A DNA stretch of 64,000 nucleotides from an archaeon (lineage in GTDB: Archaea > Nanobdellota > Nanobdellia > Woesearchaeales > GCA-2686295): assembly GCA_043822105.1 (NCBI GenBank), contig JBDRCD010000003.1, positions 870 to 64,869 of the forward strand. Reading direction: 5' to 3'. The notes beneath the pieces are model-generated. The model was not told the DNA's origin. It did no database searches and saw only the letters and a program-made list of their open reading frames with translations. A program made the position numbers and the translations under genes. Shown here one piece after another: positions 44,762 through 54,329 of this stretch (within the stretch, counting starts at the first letter, position 1; each line of letters begins with the position of its first letter).

Positions 44762-45340
44762 TTACATGCTCAATATTTCATTTAAAGTTATATTTCTGTG
44801 GCGTATCTCTTCTGCTCTTCTTTTGTACTGCTCAAAAGGAACGCTGTACTCAGCTTCCTTGTCTGCCTCATTCCATCCTTGCTTGAATGCTTTAATGACA
44901 TTCCAATTGGTGTCTATATTATTGTTCAGATTGCTCTGCTTTACTGCTTGCCATCTATCAAAGTAGTCTTCCATCTTTTCCTTGTAAATCCTGAAAAGGA
45001 TATCTCTTGAATCTCTGTTATGTGGATTTATAAACAAAGATATCTTCAGCAGCTTCTCCTCTACTTCATCATTACCTTGACTTTCTGCGTTGGCCATAAT
45101 GTACTTTGAGAATCCTGAATCATGATAGAGCGTGGTTCTTCCTTGTTGGAGCAATTTCACTATTTTGACATATCGGTCAACTACTGAAGGAAAATCATCA
45201 GCAAGCAATTTATCTGCGATTGAATACTCCTCTTTTTGTATATGATATTTTATCTTTTGCTCTCTTGTCAGATTCTCATAACTAATTTCTCTCTTTCTGT
45301 TTTTGATTTTCTTTTCTATCCCGCCTGGTTCTGATATCAT
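44762..45340 (-). CDS. TPR-like protein, paralog 3, with the GGIEKKIKNR N-terminal motif
   Basis: MISEPGGIEKKIKNRKREISY... Confidence 0.6.
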   Translation of the reverse strand: MISEPGGIEKKIKNRKREISYENLTREQKIKYHIQKEEYSIADKLLADDFPSVVDRYVKIVKLLQQGRTTLYHDSGFSKYIMANAESQGNDEVEEKLLKISLFINPHNRDSRDILFRIYKEKMEDYFDRWQAVKQSNLNNNIDTNWNVIKAFKQGWNEADKEAEYSVPFEQYKRRAEEIRHRNITLNEILSM

Positions 45341-46251
45341 ATTTTATCCATCCCGTATCCTTTCATTATGGCTTTGTTTGCTTCTTCTTCATTCTTTCCT
45401 TGATCTCTTAACAAGTGTCCAAGGGCTCTTTGATTTGTTATATTTTTAGGATTAATCATTGTTGCAATTCTGTAACTATGCTCAGCTGTTTCTAAGTCAT
45501 TTAAGTATAGTTTTGAAATTAAACCTTTCAATCCCCAAGCTCTTCCGCTGTTTGGGTTTCTCAGTAAAATTCTGTTTAAAACCTTCATAGCTTTCTGATA
45601 ATCTTCTTTTTTGTAATATTCATTCATTTCACTGAACATTTCTTCTTCTCTTTCTGGTGATAATTTTTCAGCTCTTTTTGTTTCTGTTTTGAGTAATATT
45701 TTGTCAATTGAATCGAACAGATTTTTTCTATAATTCACAAATTCTTTTTTGAGTTCATCTCTTTTCATTCCTATTGTGTATTCTGTGTTGCTATCAGCTA
45801 TTGCTTTCTTATTCCCATAACTATCTTCTATTTCCAGAATTTCTTTGTATTGATCTTCTGGAACAGAGAATTGCTCCATTAAAATTCTTTTTCCTATAAG
45901 GTCATATGCTTGATCAGCTAATTTTTTTGCTTCTTGCACAGTCAATTCCTGATTTGTCTGTGGCACTGCAGGCATATCATCTCTATATTTTATGGCGTCT
46001 GCAACAACGCCTTTCAGCACAATTTCTAGACCTTTATCTGGTATTTGTCCTTCTTTGAATACAAATGAAATATTCTTTTCAAGACTAGCTAATGAATACT
46101 TTTCTTTGTTTTTTAAAGCAGCAACTATCTCTTCATCTTCTGAAAGTGGTTCTTCTATTGTTCTTCCTTTTATCTTCTCTTCTATTGCACCTGGAACTAC
46201 TTCTTTGTCTCTGTTTTTGATTTTTTTTTCTATCCTGCCTTGTTCTATCAT
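45337..46251 (-). CDS. TPR protein, paralog 2, with a duplicated motif
   Basis: MIEQGRIEKKIKNRDKEVVPGAIEEKIKGRT... with C-terminal TPR repeats (YQKAMKVLNRILLRNPNSGRAW...). Confidence 0.65.
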   Translation of the reverse strand: MIEQGRIEKKIKNRDKEVVPGAIEEKIKGRTIEEPLSEDEEIVAALKNKEKYSLASLEKNISFVFKEGQIPDKGLEIVLKGVVADAIKYRDDMPAVPQTNQELTVQEAKKLADQAYDLIGKRILMEQFSVPEDQYKEILEIEDSYGNKKAIADSNTEYTIGMKRDELKKEFVNYRKNLFDSIDKILLKTETKRAEKLSPEREEEMFSEMNEYYKKEDYQKAMKVLNRILLRNPNSGRAWGLKGLISKLYLNDLETAEHSYRIATMINPKNITNQRALGHLLRDQGKNEEEANKAIMKGYGMDKI

Positions 46252-46252
46252 T

Positions 46253-47143
46253 TTAAAAACCCATTTTCACTTTCATTATCTTCATGGAAGTTTTTATGCT
46301 TTCAACACCATGTCCTGCCTGGTCTTCAACAAGTCTCTTTTCCTTGAGTGCTGGAAGGTAGCTTGGTATCTGTTCTAATGCCATGTTGACATGCTGTATT
46401 GCCTTGTCAACTCTTCCGTTTTCTCTGTATATTTGGCTTAAACCAATATGAGCATCGATGTGTTCCGGATCCAATTCTAGGGCTTTTTTCAGTTCTCTCA
46501 ACGCAGCTGTTTTATTTTTCCATTTGAGATATGTAAAACCTATACCATATTGTGCTTTGATGTTTTCAGGATCTAATTTTAATGCTTTCTTGAAATAGCT
46601 TATAGCTTCAGTATGTCTGTTATTTATCTCAAGAGCAACACCTGTGAAGTATTGCATATGGACATTCTTTGGAGCTAGTTTAGCCGCTTTTTTTAGATTG
46701 GAAATTCCTTTGCTGTAGAAATCACTCTTTTTTTTCCGAACTCGTTTCTCCAGTATCTGATGCATGCCAAGATTGAACAGAGCGACGCTGTTGTTATCAT
46801 TTATCTTCAATGCTTTCTCATAAATCCTTATCTTGTTTTTAGAAACTCCTGCCCATTCAAAGACAACAGCATAATTGTTCCAACTCATAGAATCATAGCT
46901 ATCTTCTTTTACTTTTCCAAGATAATACTTTCTGGCTAACTGATAGTTATCATCACACATGTGTTTTATGCCCTCACTCTCATCTTTGTCTTTAATAATT
47001 CTAATATTCTCAAAACCTTTTACTTTTGGTAGAGGAATTATAATCTCATCCAATCCAGTACTGTTCTTAATAATAGTTCTCTCTACTTCTATTTCTCTGT
47101 TTTTGATTTTCTTCTCTATCCCACCACTTTCTACTTGTGCCAT
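46253..47143 (-). CDS. TPR protein, paralog 1, with the GGIEKKIKNR N-terminal motif
   Basis: MAQVESGGIEKKIKNREIEVE... with several canonical TPRs (EAISYFKKALKLDPENIKAQYGIG...). Confidence 0.7.
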   Translation of the reverse strand: MAQVESGGIEKKIKNREIEVERTIIKNSTGLDEIIIPLPKVKGFENIRIIKDKDESEGIKHMCDDNYQLARKYYLGKVKEDSYDSMSWNNYAVVFEWAGVSKNKIRIYEKALKINDNNSVALFNLGMHQILEKRVRKKKSDFYSKGISNLKKAAKLAPKNVHMQYFTGVALEINNRHTEAISYFKKALKLDPENIKAQYGIGFTYLKWKNKTAALRELKKALELDPEHIDAHIGLSQIYRENGRVDKAIQHVNMALEQIPSYLPALKEKRLVEDQAGHGVESIKTSMKIMKVKMGF

Positions 47144-48495
47144 GGCTTCACCTGATACTTTTCATAGAAATCTGCTTTTCCGCTTGTTATCTCATCAAGT
47201 GTGTATCTGGACTTTTTAGCATAGGCGCTGTCTTTTGCTCGTTCTCCCTGCTCAACTGTCATAGGTGGACCCCATAAGAATGCTTTCTCACAAATCATGT
47301 CTTCAGTGTTTTTAAAATCATTGGTAAGCACACTATTGAGAAGTTTATATTCATCTTCAGTAACTTTCTCGAATTGATTCATGGTATCTGTCGCTAACAA
47401 ATCCTTTTTTGGCATTGAAACGACATTTTTTTTCCTTCCCTGTTTGAGGAATGCATTATACGTGCTCACAATTTCAGCTATGGTCTCATGACTTATCAAA
47501 TTATAATTATTGTCTCCTCTGTATTTGTGAGTATTCTTTAGAATATCATCAAGCTTATTTTTCATTCTTAAAAATGTTTGATAATCTTCATTCTGATCAA
47601 CAGGCAAAGTCTTTGTCATCTTTGGTCCTTCACTTACATCTCTATAGAAGTCCTCTGTAGACTGGTAAGCAAAGTCTTCAAGATACTTTCCTTTTGGGAG
47701 TGTTTCAGGAGCCACTTTTGCGATGGCTCTCATCAAGATGTATTTAGTACCATCATCAACATCCAGTTTGTTGATTTCCTGCATTGCAAATTCAAAGTAG
47801 TCATATTTATCATCCCATAATGCATGAGGTGTTTGATGACTTGGATGCAATAACTGGAAGTACACAACTCCAATTGCAAATCTATCTGTCTGTGGTGTGA
47901 AAAGTTTTCCTTTTTGCTTTCCCGAGTTCTCCATTAGTTCGAAACTTCTATATCCTTCTGTGCTCTGATAACTGTATGTCATTTCTTCATTTGTTGCAGT
48001 ACCAAAATCAGATACCTTGTAGATTTTTCCTACACGAAGTATATTTGATGATTTTCCATCTCTGTGAAAAAGTCCCTTCTTATGTAAAGCTACATACCCT
48101 CTCAGTGTATGTCTTATTATTTTCTTTGCAGTTGCAGGGTCCATTACTTTTCCTTCTGTAATTAAATCATCAAGAATATCATCAACACTTTCATCTGCTT
48201 TCTCCATTAGAACTCCATAATATTTGCCAAATCTCAAAGGTTCATCGTCAAATATCCTTATTATATGTTCATGAGGTCCTACAATTCTTTTTACTCTGTA
48301 AGCTCTCTCACACTCTTCTTTTCCTGTTGGTCTTGTTGGAATCTTAAGAAAAAGTTCCATATTAGTGCTTGTTTCATAGACTTCTACAAGTGCTGTTCGA
48401 TTCCAGATGGTGATATCTATATCGTTTTTTGAGAATCTTTCACTCTTCTTGATAAGACTCCTGATATTCATTTCAAGCTTTCTTTTCGAACTCAC
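47131..48495 (-). CDS. Eukaryotic-like Ser/Thr protein kinase with a ~160-aa C-terminal extension
   Basis: Catalytic loop LFHRDGKSSNIL and SDFGTA (DFG). No clear Gly-rich loop. Confidence 0.75.
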   Translation of the reverse strand: MSSKRKLEMNIRSLIKKSERFSKNDIDITIWNRTALVEVYETSTNMELFLKIPTRPTGKEECERAYRVKRIVGPHEHIIRIFDDEPLRFGKYYGVLMEKADESVDDILDDLITEGKVMDPATAKKIIRHTLRGYVALHKKGLFHRDGKSSNILRVGKIYKVSDFGTATNEEMTYSYQSTEGYRSFELMENSGKQKGKLFTPQTDRFAIGVVYFQLLHPSHQTPHALWDDKYDYFEFAMQEINKLDVDDGTKYILMRAIAKVAPETLPKGKYLEDFAYQSTEDFYRDVSEGPKMTKTLPVDQNEDYQTFLRMKNKLDDILKNTHKYRGDNNYNLISHETIAEIVSTYNAFLKQGRKKNVVSMPKKDLLATDTMNQFEKVTEDEYKLLNSVLTNDFKNTEDMICEKAFLWGPPMTVEQGERAKDSAYAKKSRYTLDEITSGKADFYEKYQVKPWHK

Positions 48496-49379
48496 TTTGG
48501 AATCACCCCGTATAATAGTCCTGTTGCATTATCTCCTTTCATACTGTTCATGCTTACGTCATAGTCTTCTTTCTCCATTGTTTCTACTATCTTTTTTATC
48601 TCCACAGGATTGTTTATCCTGTCTATGAAGGTTTTTTCTATGTCTTCCAACCTGTTCGAACTGATAATATCAAGCATCTCTCTCTGTGTTACTGTCTTTG
48701 TGACTCCATCTGTGAATAGTCCAATTACCTGATTTTGTTTTGGTCTTATTTTATGCATATCAATTTTTAATCCAGAACCTTTTCCCAAATAACTTGTAAG
48801 TCCAAGTATTGAGCCTATTACTTGTTTTTTTGTAGGTGATAGCTTTTCTGCATATTCTGGGTAATGATGATGCTCATCTGTTACTTTTTCTACATATCTT
48901 TCTCCTTCCAAATTGAAAAGTGCAACCATTCCATCACCGACATGTGCTATGTAGCCTGTTTTTTTTGGAATAAAAAGGATGTCAATTGTGGTTCCTCCTT
49001 TATCCTCAAGAAAACTAACTTTTTTGTTTTCCATCATTGCATGTAGAGCATAGTTTGTATCGCTTATGGTTTCTTCAAGAATTGAAGGTATATTTTCTAA
49101 ACTCAGCTCTTTATTTTGAATATTTTCATAAGTTTCATTTAGTTCATTCACTATCATATCTACTGCGAACTTACTGCAGAATTTGCCACCTTCATATCCA
49201 CCCATTCCGTCTGCAACAACATAGATTCCTTTATCAACATCATAATAATAATTATCTTGATTTTCTTCTCTGTTTCCAATCTCAGAGAATGCAATGACAT
49301 GAGGAACTGCTTCTCGTTGTATAATTTTTGGTGTTCCCAACAATTCTATAATATTCTTTGCGTTTTTAATGAAGTTCAT
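48492..49379 (-). CDS. PP2C-family Ser/Thr phosphatase
   Basis: NQDNYY, VADGMGGYEGG, LFTDGV and GDNATGLL motifs. ATGA overlaps on both sides. Confidence 0.8.
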   Translation of the reverse strand: MNFIKNAKNIIELLGTPKIIQREAVPHVIAFSEIGNREENQDNYYYDVDKGIYVVADGMGGYEGGKFCSKFAVDMIVNELNETYENIQNKELSLENIPSILEETISDTNYALHAMMENKKVSFLEDKGGTTIDILFIPKKTGYIAHVGDGMVALFNLEGERYVEKVTDEHHHYPEYAEKLSPTKKQVIGSILGLTSYLGKGSGLKIDMHKIRPKQNQVIGLFTDGVTKTVTQREMLDIISSNRLEDIEKTFIDRINNPVEIKKIVETMEKEDYDVSMNSMKGDNATGLLYGVIPK

Positions 49380-51820
49380 TTTTTTATTACCTCTGCATCA
49401 AAAGTACTGAATTCTTTCATTCCTTCTACCTGTTCCATATGCATTTCTCCTTTTTCATGGAATATTGCATAGAGCTTATCTGGCTCTTGCGCTGCCATTA
49501 TGACATTCTTGTTAGGCATCCATATATTTGCATCTTGAAGATCAGAGTCTTTAAGTTCATAGTAGATAGAAGGCTTTTCTGCAAACAAATTCTTTTTGTT
49601 CTTGAAATTCTCTACTTTTATCCCTTCTTCAGTAAGGGTTGCTACTTGAAATCCTCTGTTGTCTATGTGAATAAAATCAAATGAATCATATCTTGTTTCA
49701 AATGATACTGGGTTAAACTTTCCTTCCAAGTCGACAGCTACAACGCCTTCTCCATTTTCGGTTGTGTAAAACAACACTTTTTCTATCTCAGAAGTTTTTT
49801 GTACAGCACCAATGTTTTCTTCTGAAGTGTAGATTTCTTCCATTATCTCATCGTCGAAAAGACTGACTTTGTTGTTGGAAGTTACTAGTATTTTTCCCTG
49901 ATAGGGTGTGAGTGAAATTATATCATCTTCAACTCTTTGGAGATCAAAGAATTCATTTGAGTCCCTGTTATACTTTGAGATGGTAGTCTCTCCATTTTCT
50001 TTTTTCAGGAAATAGATTTCATTATTGTTCACAACCATCTCTTCAAGCCTAAAATCAACATCCTCACTTGTTATAGGCTTTGACACATATGTAGGTGTTG
50101 AGTCATTGTTAATATCAAAAGTGAATATTCTGTACTCCATTGTCTTGTTACCATGTGGTCTTTCTGCGACAACAAATATTTCTTTATCAGATACTTTAAA
50201 TTCTCCGATTCCCATTTTTTGATGCTCTCTTTCTCTCCAGTCATATTCTCCTTCTTCTCGTGGGATACTTACTGTATATTCGAGAGCTCTGTGTATGAGA
50301 TTATTCTTTAATGGAGTACCCAGAATAACTCTTTTCTGTTCGCTAGAAGGTAGGTATATTTCTGTGTCGATTGATTTTGCGAGTTTTGTTTTTAGTTTCT
50401 CTTCTTTATTACCTATCAATTCTTTCACAATATTCTTTGCACCTTCAATTATCACTTCGACTAAAGTTTCTTGCTCTTTCTTTTCAGGTATTTCAGGTAA
50501 TCCATCTGTTCTTGGATTTAATTCTTGTATATATCCTTTTTCAGCGAGTAAACTTGTAAGCTCTTGAACTATTTTTGTTCCCTTTCTAAAGTCTTTTTCA
50601 CATTCAGAACTTAAACTCTCCATAATTGCTACTTCAGGAGTTATTACTGTTCCTCCTTTTATTTCAAAATTAAGTCCTGCAAAACCATTAAATTCTTTGT
50701 GATAAATGCTTCCTCTGAAAGTTTTTTCTGGTTTTTCTGAGACTATTGCAGCAGTCAATGGTAGAAGAGTATTTCTAATTGTGTCAATGGAAGTAACTTC
50801 ATTTTTTTCTTTGAAATCAATACCATATTTTTTGACTTTGTCTAATAATAGATTTCCTATGTTTTCACTTTCTTCACCAAAAATGACTTGAAATGAAATA
50901 CTTCCAAACTTAATTTTTGTGTATTCAAAGGCCATGAATTCTCCGTGACTTCCATATATTGGTGGAGATTCTATTTCTCCTTTGTATACTTCCCCTGTGA
51001 AATCAAAATAAACGTCCTTTATTGCAGTCTTTAATCTTGCGACATCCGTATCTGCAGGTCCTATTATTCTGTTTACAGGAATATCTGCTTCTGCGGCGAA
51101 TACATAATTTGTGATATCAATGTCATTAACTAAATTAACAACTGTTCCTTGATAGCCTTTCAGGACACTGCCTAAATGTTTTAATCCAACTATGTTTCCC
51201 GGGAGAAGATTGAATCTGCTTATGTTAATTCCTGTTTCTTGCTGGAATCCGGTTATTATGGCTTCCAAATCTAGACTTTGTTTCAGAGCTGTATTCAAAT
51301 AAATCAACGCGTCTTGATAACTTTTTGGATTGCCTTTTATGGTTGTTCTGATTTTATTAACTACTTCTTGTTTACTTAGATTTTCGAGATTTTTTGCAAT
51401 ATTTTTGAAATTATATCTTGAAAACAAAACTAACATATCTGATTCTTCGCTGTTGTCTTTTGCATTCTCTGTTATTTCAGTCAAATCCTCTATTTGCCAA
51501 AATCTCTTAAATTTGACTTTTTCTACTATTTTGTCATAATCTTTCCATTCTAAAGAATTGAAGTCATTGTGAAACTCTATTGCTGCATCTTCAACACTAT
51601 TTCTAATCCAAACATTGACTTGTTTTATATTGGAATCTGGTTCTAGAATTAATGGCTCTAATCCTCTGACATAGTTTTTTCCGATATTGCCATAGCCTAT
51701 GACGTTTATTGTGTAATCTCTCCAAGAATCCTTTGTCTGAGCAGTACCTCTTTTAACCTGTTTTTCAAGAAATTCTAAAAACTCCTTTCTTTCTGTTTTG
51801 TCTTCTTCTTCGGCTCCCAA
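49376..51820 (-). CDS. LDH/MDH-like Rossmann domain fused to a ~380-aa beta-rich (propeller-like) C-terminal domain
   Basis: INVIGYGNIGKNY, NLVNDIDITN...NRIIGPADTDVARLK and GSHGEFMAFEY parallel the LDH/MDH motifs (GxGxxG, NPVD...RVIG..T.LD..R, GEHG). TTG start. Confidence 0.55.
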   Translation of the reverse strand: MGAEEEDKTERKEFLEFLEKQVKRGTAQTKDSWRDYTINVIGYGNIGKNYVRGLEPLILEPDSNIKQVNVWIRNSVEDAAIEFHNDFNSLEWKDYDKIVEKVKFKRFWQIEDLTEITENAKDNSEESDMLVLFSRYNFKNIAKNLENLSKQEVVNKIRTTIKGNPKSYQDALIYLNTALKQSLDLEAIITGFQQETGINISRFNLLPGNIVGLKHLGSVLKGYQGTVVNLVNDIDITNYVFAAEADIPVNRIIGPADTDVARLKTAIKDVYFDFTGEVYKGEIESPPIYGSHGEFMAFEYTKIKFGSISFQVIFGEESENIGNLLLDKVKKYGIDFKEKNEVTSIDTIRNTLLPLTAAIVSEKPEKTFRGSIYHKEFNGFAGLNFEIKGGTVITPEVAIMESLSSECEKDFRKGTKIVQELTSLLAEKGYIQELNPRTDGLPEIPEKKEQETLVEVIIEGAKNIVKELIGNKEEKLKTKLAKSIDTEIYLPSSEQKRVILGTPLKNNLIHRALEYTVSIPREEGEYDWREREHQKMGIGEFKVSDKEIFVVAERPHGNKTMEYRIFTFDINNDSTPTYVSKPITSEDVDFRLEEMVVNNNEIYFLKKENGETTISKYNRDSNEFFDLQRVEDDIISLTPYQGKILVTSNNKVSLFDDEIMEEIYTSEENIGAVQKTSEIEKVLFYTTENGEGVVAVDLEGKFNPVSFETRYDSFDFIHIDNRGFQVATLTEEGIKVENFKNKKNLFAEKPSIYYELKDSDLQDANIWMPNKNVIMAAQEPDKLYAIFHEKGEMHMEQVEGMKEFSTFDAEVIKK

Positions 51821-51854
51821 TGCTCACACCGAACCTGTAATCTTGTCGACATTT

Positions 51855-51870
51855 AAATAGTTAACTATTT
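51855..51870. promoter_or_regulatory. Perfect 16-bp palindrome AAATAGTTAACTATTT in the 67-bp spacer between the 813-aa and 814-aa genes
   Basis: Overlaps a TATA-like tttaaata on the minus strand, about 35 nt upstream of the TTG start. Confidence 0.5.
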
Positions 51871-51887
51871 TTTAGTGACAAAAACTC

Positions 51888-54329
51888 TTAATCTACTCTT
51901 TGCCCTTCTAAAACAGCCATTAAGTCTATTTCATTCTCTAGAGAGTAAGCGCAGACCTGATTATCTTCAAAGAAGCAGTCTTTTGCACAGTATTTTCCTG
52001 TCTTTTTTTCCATCTCTTTCTTGATATCAAGTGATAACTGCAGGTCACCATTCATAATTCTTTCCTTAAATTCAACTGTTTTGTAAACTTCGTGCATGAC
52101 TTCACGTCTGTACCATTCGTGAGGTTCGATGATTGAAATCCCTTCATATTCTTGTTTTCTATAAGAATTTATATTGAGAAACTTTGGCTGATCTTCTTCA
52201 AAGTTAAGGAACTGGTCGTTGAAAGAGTTCTTATCCAGCATGACTATGATATTTCCTGTTTTATAGCCTTGTTCTTTCATGAATTTCTCAACCATCATTC
52301 CGTAGAATGTGACTTGTTTTTTGTAGTAAGTCTCCATTGTACTAATTTTTCTGTTTGTTTTTTTGTCGATAATAACTATATCATAAACATTATTATCATC
52401 TTTCAGAAAAAACAATGTATCTGGGTGAAAAGATATGGTAAAATCTTTATCTGTTATTGGATTATGTAGAGTATCTTCAAACAGTATCTCGCAGTAATGG
52501 TCAGAAGGAACCGGCTCGTCAACTCCCGGAATTAAGGTTAATGTCTCATAATGTACTAGTCCATCAAATGGTTGATAGGTAAGCTCATGTAATTTTGTAC
52601 CTCTGTGAGCTGCAATAGGTTCTCTTAGTATGTGGTCTAAAAATCTGTGAAACTCTCCTTCTCTACCCTTTTGTACAATTGGTTTTAGAATATCATAAGT
52701 ATCTAATCTCATTCCTCTGGCTATGACTCTTTGTCTAGCACAGTTGACATGTGCTGAAAGTTCAGAACCTCTGAAATCTGCCGAAAGATCCAGTTTCTCG
52801 GATTGTTCTGATAAGAAAGTTGCTTTCCTTCCAAAGAAATTCTCTGATTTCAAATCAAATATTGGTGTTTTTCCAGCAATGTATTCTTGCCATGGAATAA
52901 CTCTCTTATCTTCACTAGTTATATTGGCTTTTATGGTTCCTTCGAAGAACATTAGTTCGACAAGTCTAGGCTCAACTCTTATGTTACCTGAAGTTGTTCT
53001 TACCATGTATTTATTGACTATTTCAAGACCTCTTTTTGTTATGAATTTCGGAACAAGATCTGTCTGGTTAGGATGTCTTCCTTTTATGTTTTCTTCCAAT
53101 AGCACCCAAGGATATTCTTTTGATTGCTTGTATCTTATGATGTTTGCTTTTGGTACTTTTATTCTTGTATATTTCTTTGCATGATTTCCAGTCCATATCG
53201 ATTCGGCTGTCTGCAGAAATCCAGTAAGCTTATTTATTGCTATCCCAGAATGAATGCCGTGGGCTTCTTGTTTTCCTGAAAGAATGCCTTCGAATCCTCC
53301 AATGTACTGAATTGGAATGTTGAGGCCGGAAAACTTAATGGCCTGTTTTATTATGTCAGAAGAGGCGCTGGTCTTTTCCATGTATAGAGGCAGTCCTTCC
53401 AGGTCATAATTGTTAATCATGTTCTTTATACTTGGCTCCAGAATCTCAAGGTATTTTTTCCATTTTACGGCCATCACCATCTTTCCGAGTTTTACAAGTC
53501 GGGCATGATGTTTTACAAACTCATCAACAGTTGTTAGTTTAGGTCTGTACACATCTTTTTTGAAATCAGCAGGACTCTTTGTGACTGATTTTTTTATGGG
53601 CTTAACATCTAACAGCCTTTCCCGATACCTGAATGTGGGGATAGAATTATCAGCGGGCTTTGTCAGTGATCCTATGGCGACCGCTCCAACTTTCTCAATA
53701 ATTTCTTTATACTCATTATATAGTACTTCATCTTCCTTTAACTCATACAATGATAATCTTTTGAAATCATTATGAGCATACAAATTTTCGAAAGTATATT
53801 TTTTCAGATCTTCAGCCAGAATATCTTCCAGTTTTATATTTCCTTCATTATCTCTTTTAATCAGTGGAACAAAGGTCCATGGTTGCATGAACATCAGAAC
53901 TATTTTATCAAGAAATTCAGGATCGAGTGTTTTAGCGATATCCAGAAGAGAATTTGTGAATCTGAATTCAGGTGAATAAGGGTCCAATCCGTCCCTTAGG
54001 CCATGTTCATCGATACTCAAGCCATTGGTTGGTATTATTATTTTATCTTCAAAGAATTTTTGTTCATTTTTCAGTTTTTCATACAACTTTCTCTCTGCGA
54101 ACCTAAACTTTTTCATTCGCCCGATTACTTGGGGCTCGAATGCTTTTACAATAATCATTTCCAGCAGGTTTATCATCTCTGCATTTTCCTTTGGATCGGC
54201 AGCAAAGGTGTTTAGATATGGCAGGAAATCTATGGATGTCCAAATGTTTTCCTTATCAAAAACATCAGAAAGCATATTGAACAGTGTATACTGTTGTTTA
54301 ACTATGTGAATGTTGTCAACACTTGGCAT
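51888..54329 (-). CDS. Large protein: ~530-aa unknown N-terminal region plus a Cas4/RecB-like PD-(D/E)xK nuclease C-terminal domain with Cys residues suggestive of an Fe-S cluster
   Basis: LSAHVNCARQ (N-terminal Cys), GTKLHEL, ISFHPD, YDIVIIDKK (D/ExK), KQVTFY (QxxxY) and KYCAKDCFFEDNQVCAY (three C-terminal Cys). No P-loop seen. Confidence 0.55.
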   Translation of the reverse strand: MPSVDNIHIVKQQYTLFNMLSDVFDKENIWTSIDFLPYLNTFAADPKENAEMINLLEMIIVKAFEPQVIGRMKKFRFAERKLYEKLKNEQKFFEDKIIIPTNGLSIDEHGLRDGLDPYSPEFRFTNSLLDIAKTLDPEFLDKIVLMFMQPWTFVPLIKRDNEGNIKLEDILAEDLKKYTFENLYAHNDFKRLSLYELKEDEVLYNEYKEIIEKVGAVAIGSLTKPADNSIPTFRYRERLLDVKPIKKSVTKSPADFKKDVYRPKLTTVDEFVKHHARLVKLGKMVMAVKWKKYLEILEPSIKNMINNYDLEGLPLYMEKTSASSDIIKQAIKFSGLNIPIQYIGGFEGILSGKQEAHGIHSGIAINKLTGFLQTAESIWTGNHAKKYTRIKVPKANIIRYKQSKEYPWVLLEENIKGRHPNQTDLVPKFITKRGLEIVNKYMVRTTSGNIRVEPRLVELMFFEGTIKANITSEDKRVIPWQEYIAGKTPIFDLKSENFFGRKATFLSEQSEKLDLSADFRGSELSAHVNCARQRVIARGMRLDTYDILKPIVQKGREGEFHRFLDHILREPIAAHRGTKLHELTYQPFDGLVHYETLTLIPGVDEPVPSDHYCEILFEDTLHNPITDKDFTISFHPDTLFFLKDDNNVYDIVIIDKKTNRKISTMETYYKKQVTFYGMMVEKFMKEQGYKTGNIIVMLDKNSFNDQFLNFEEDQPKFLNINSYRKQEYEGISIIEPHEWYRREVMHEVYKTVEFKERIMNGDLQLSLDIKKEMEKKTGKYCAKDCFFEDNQVCAYSLENEIDLMAVLEGQRVD

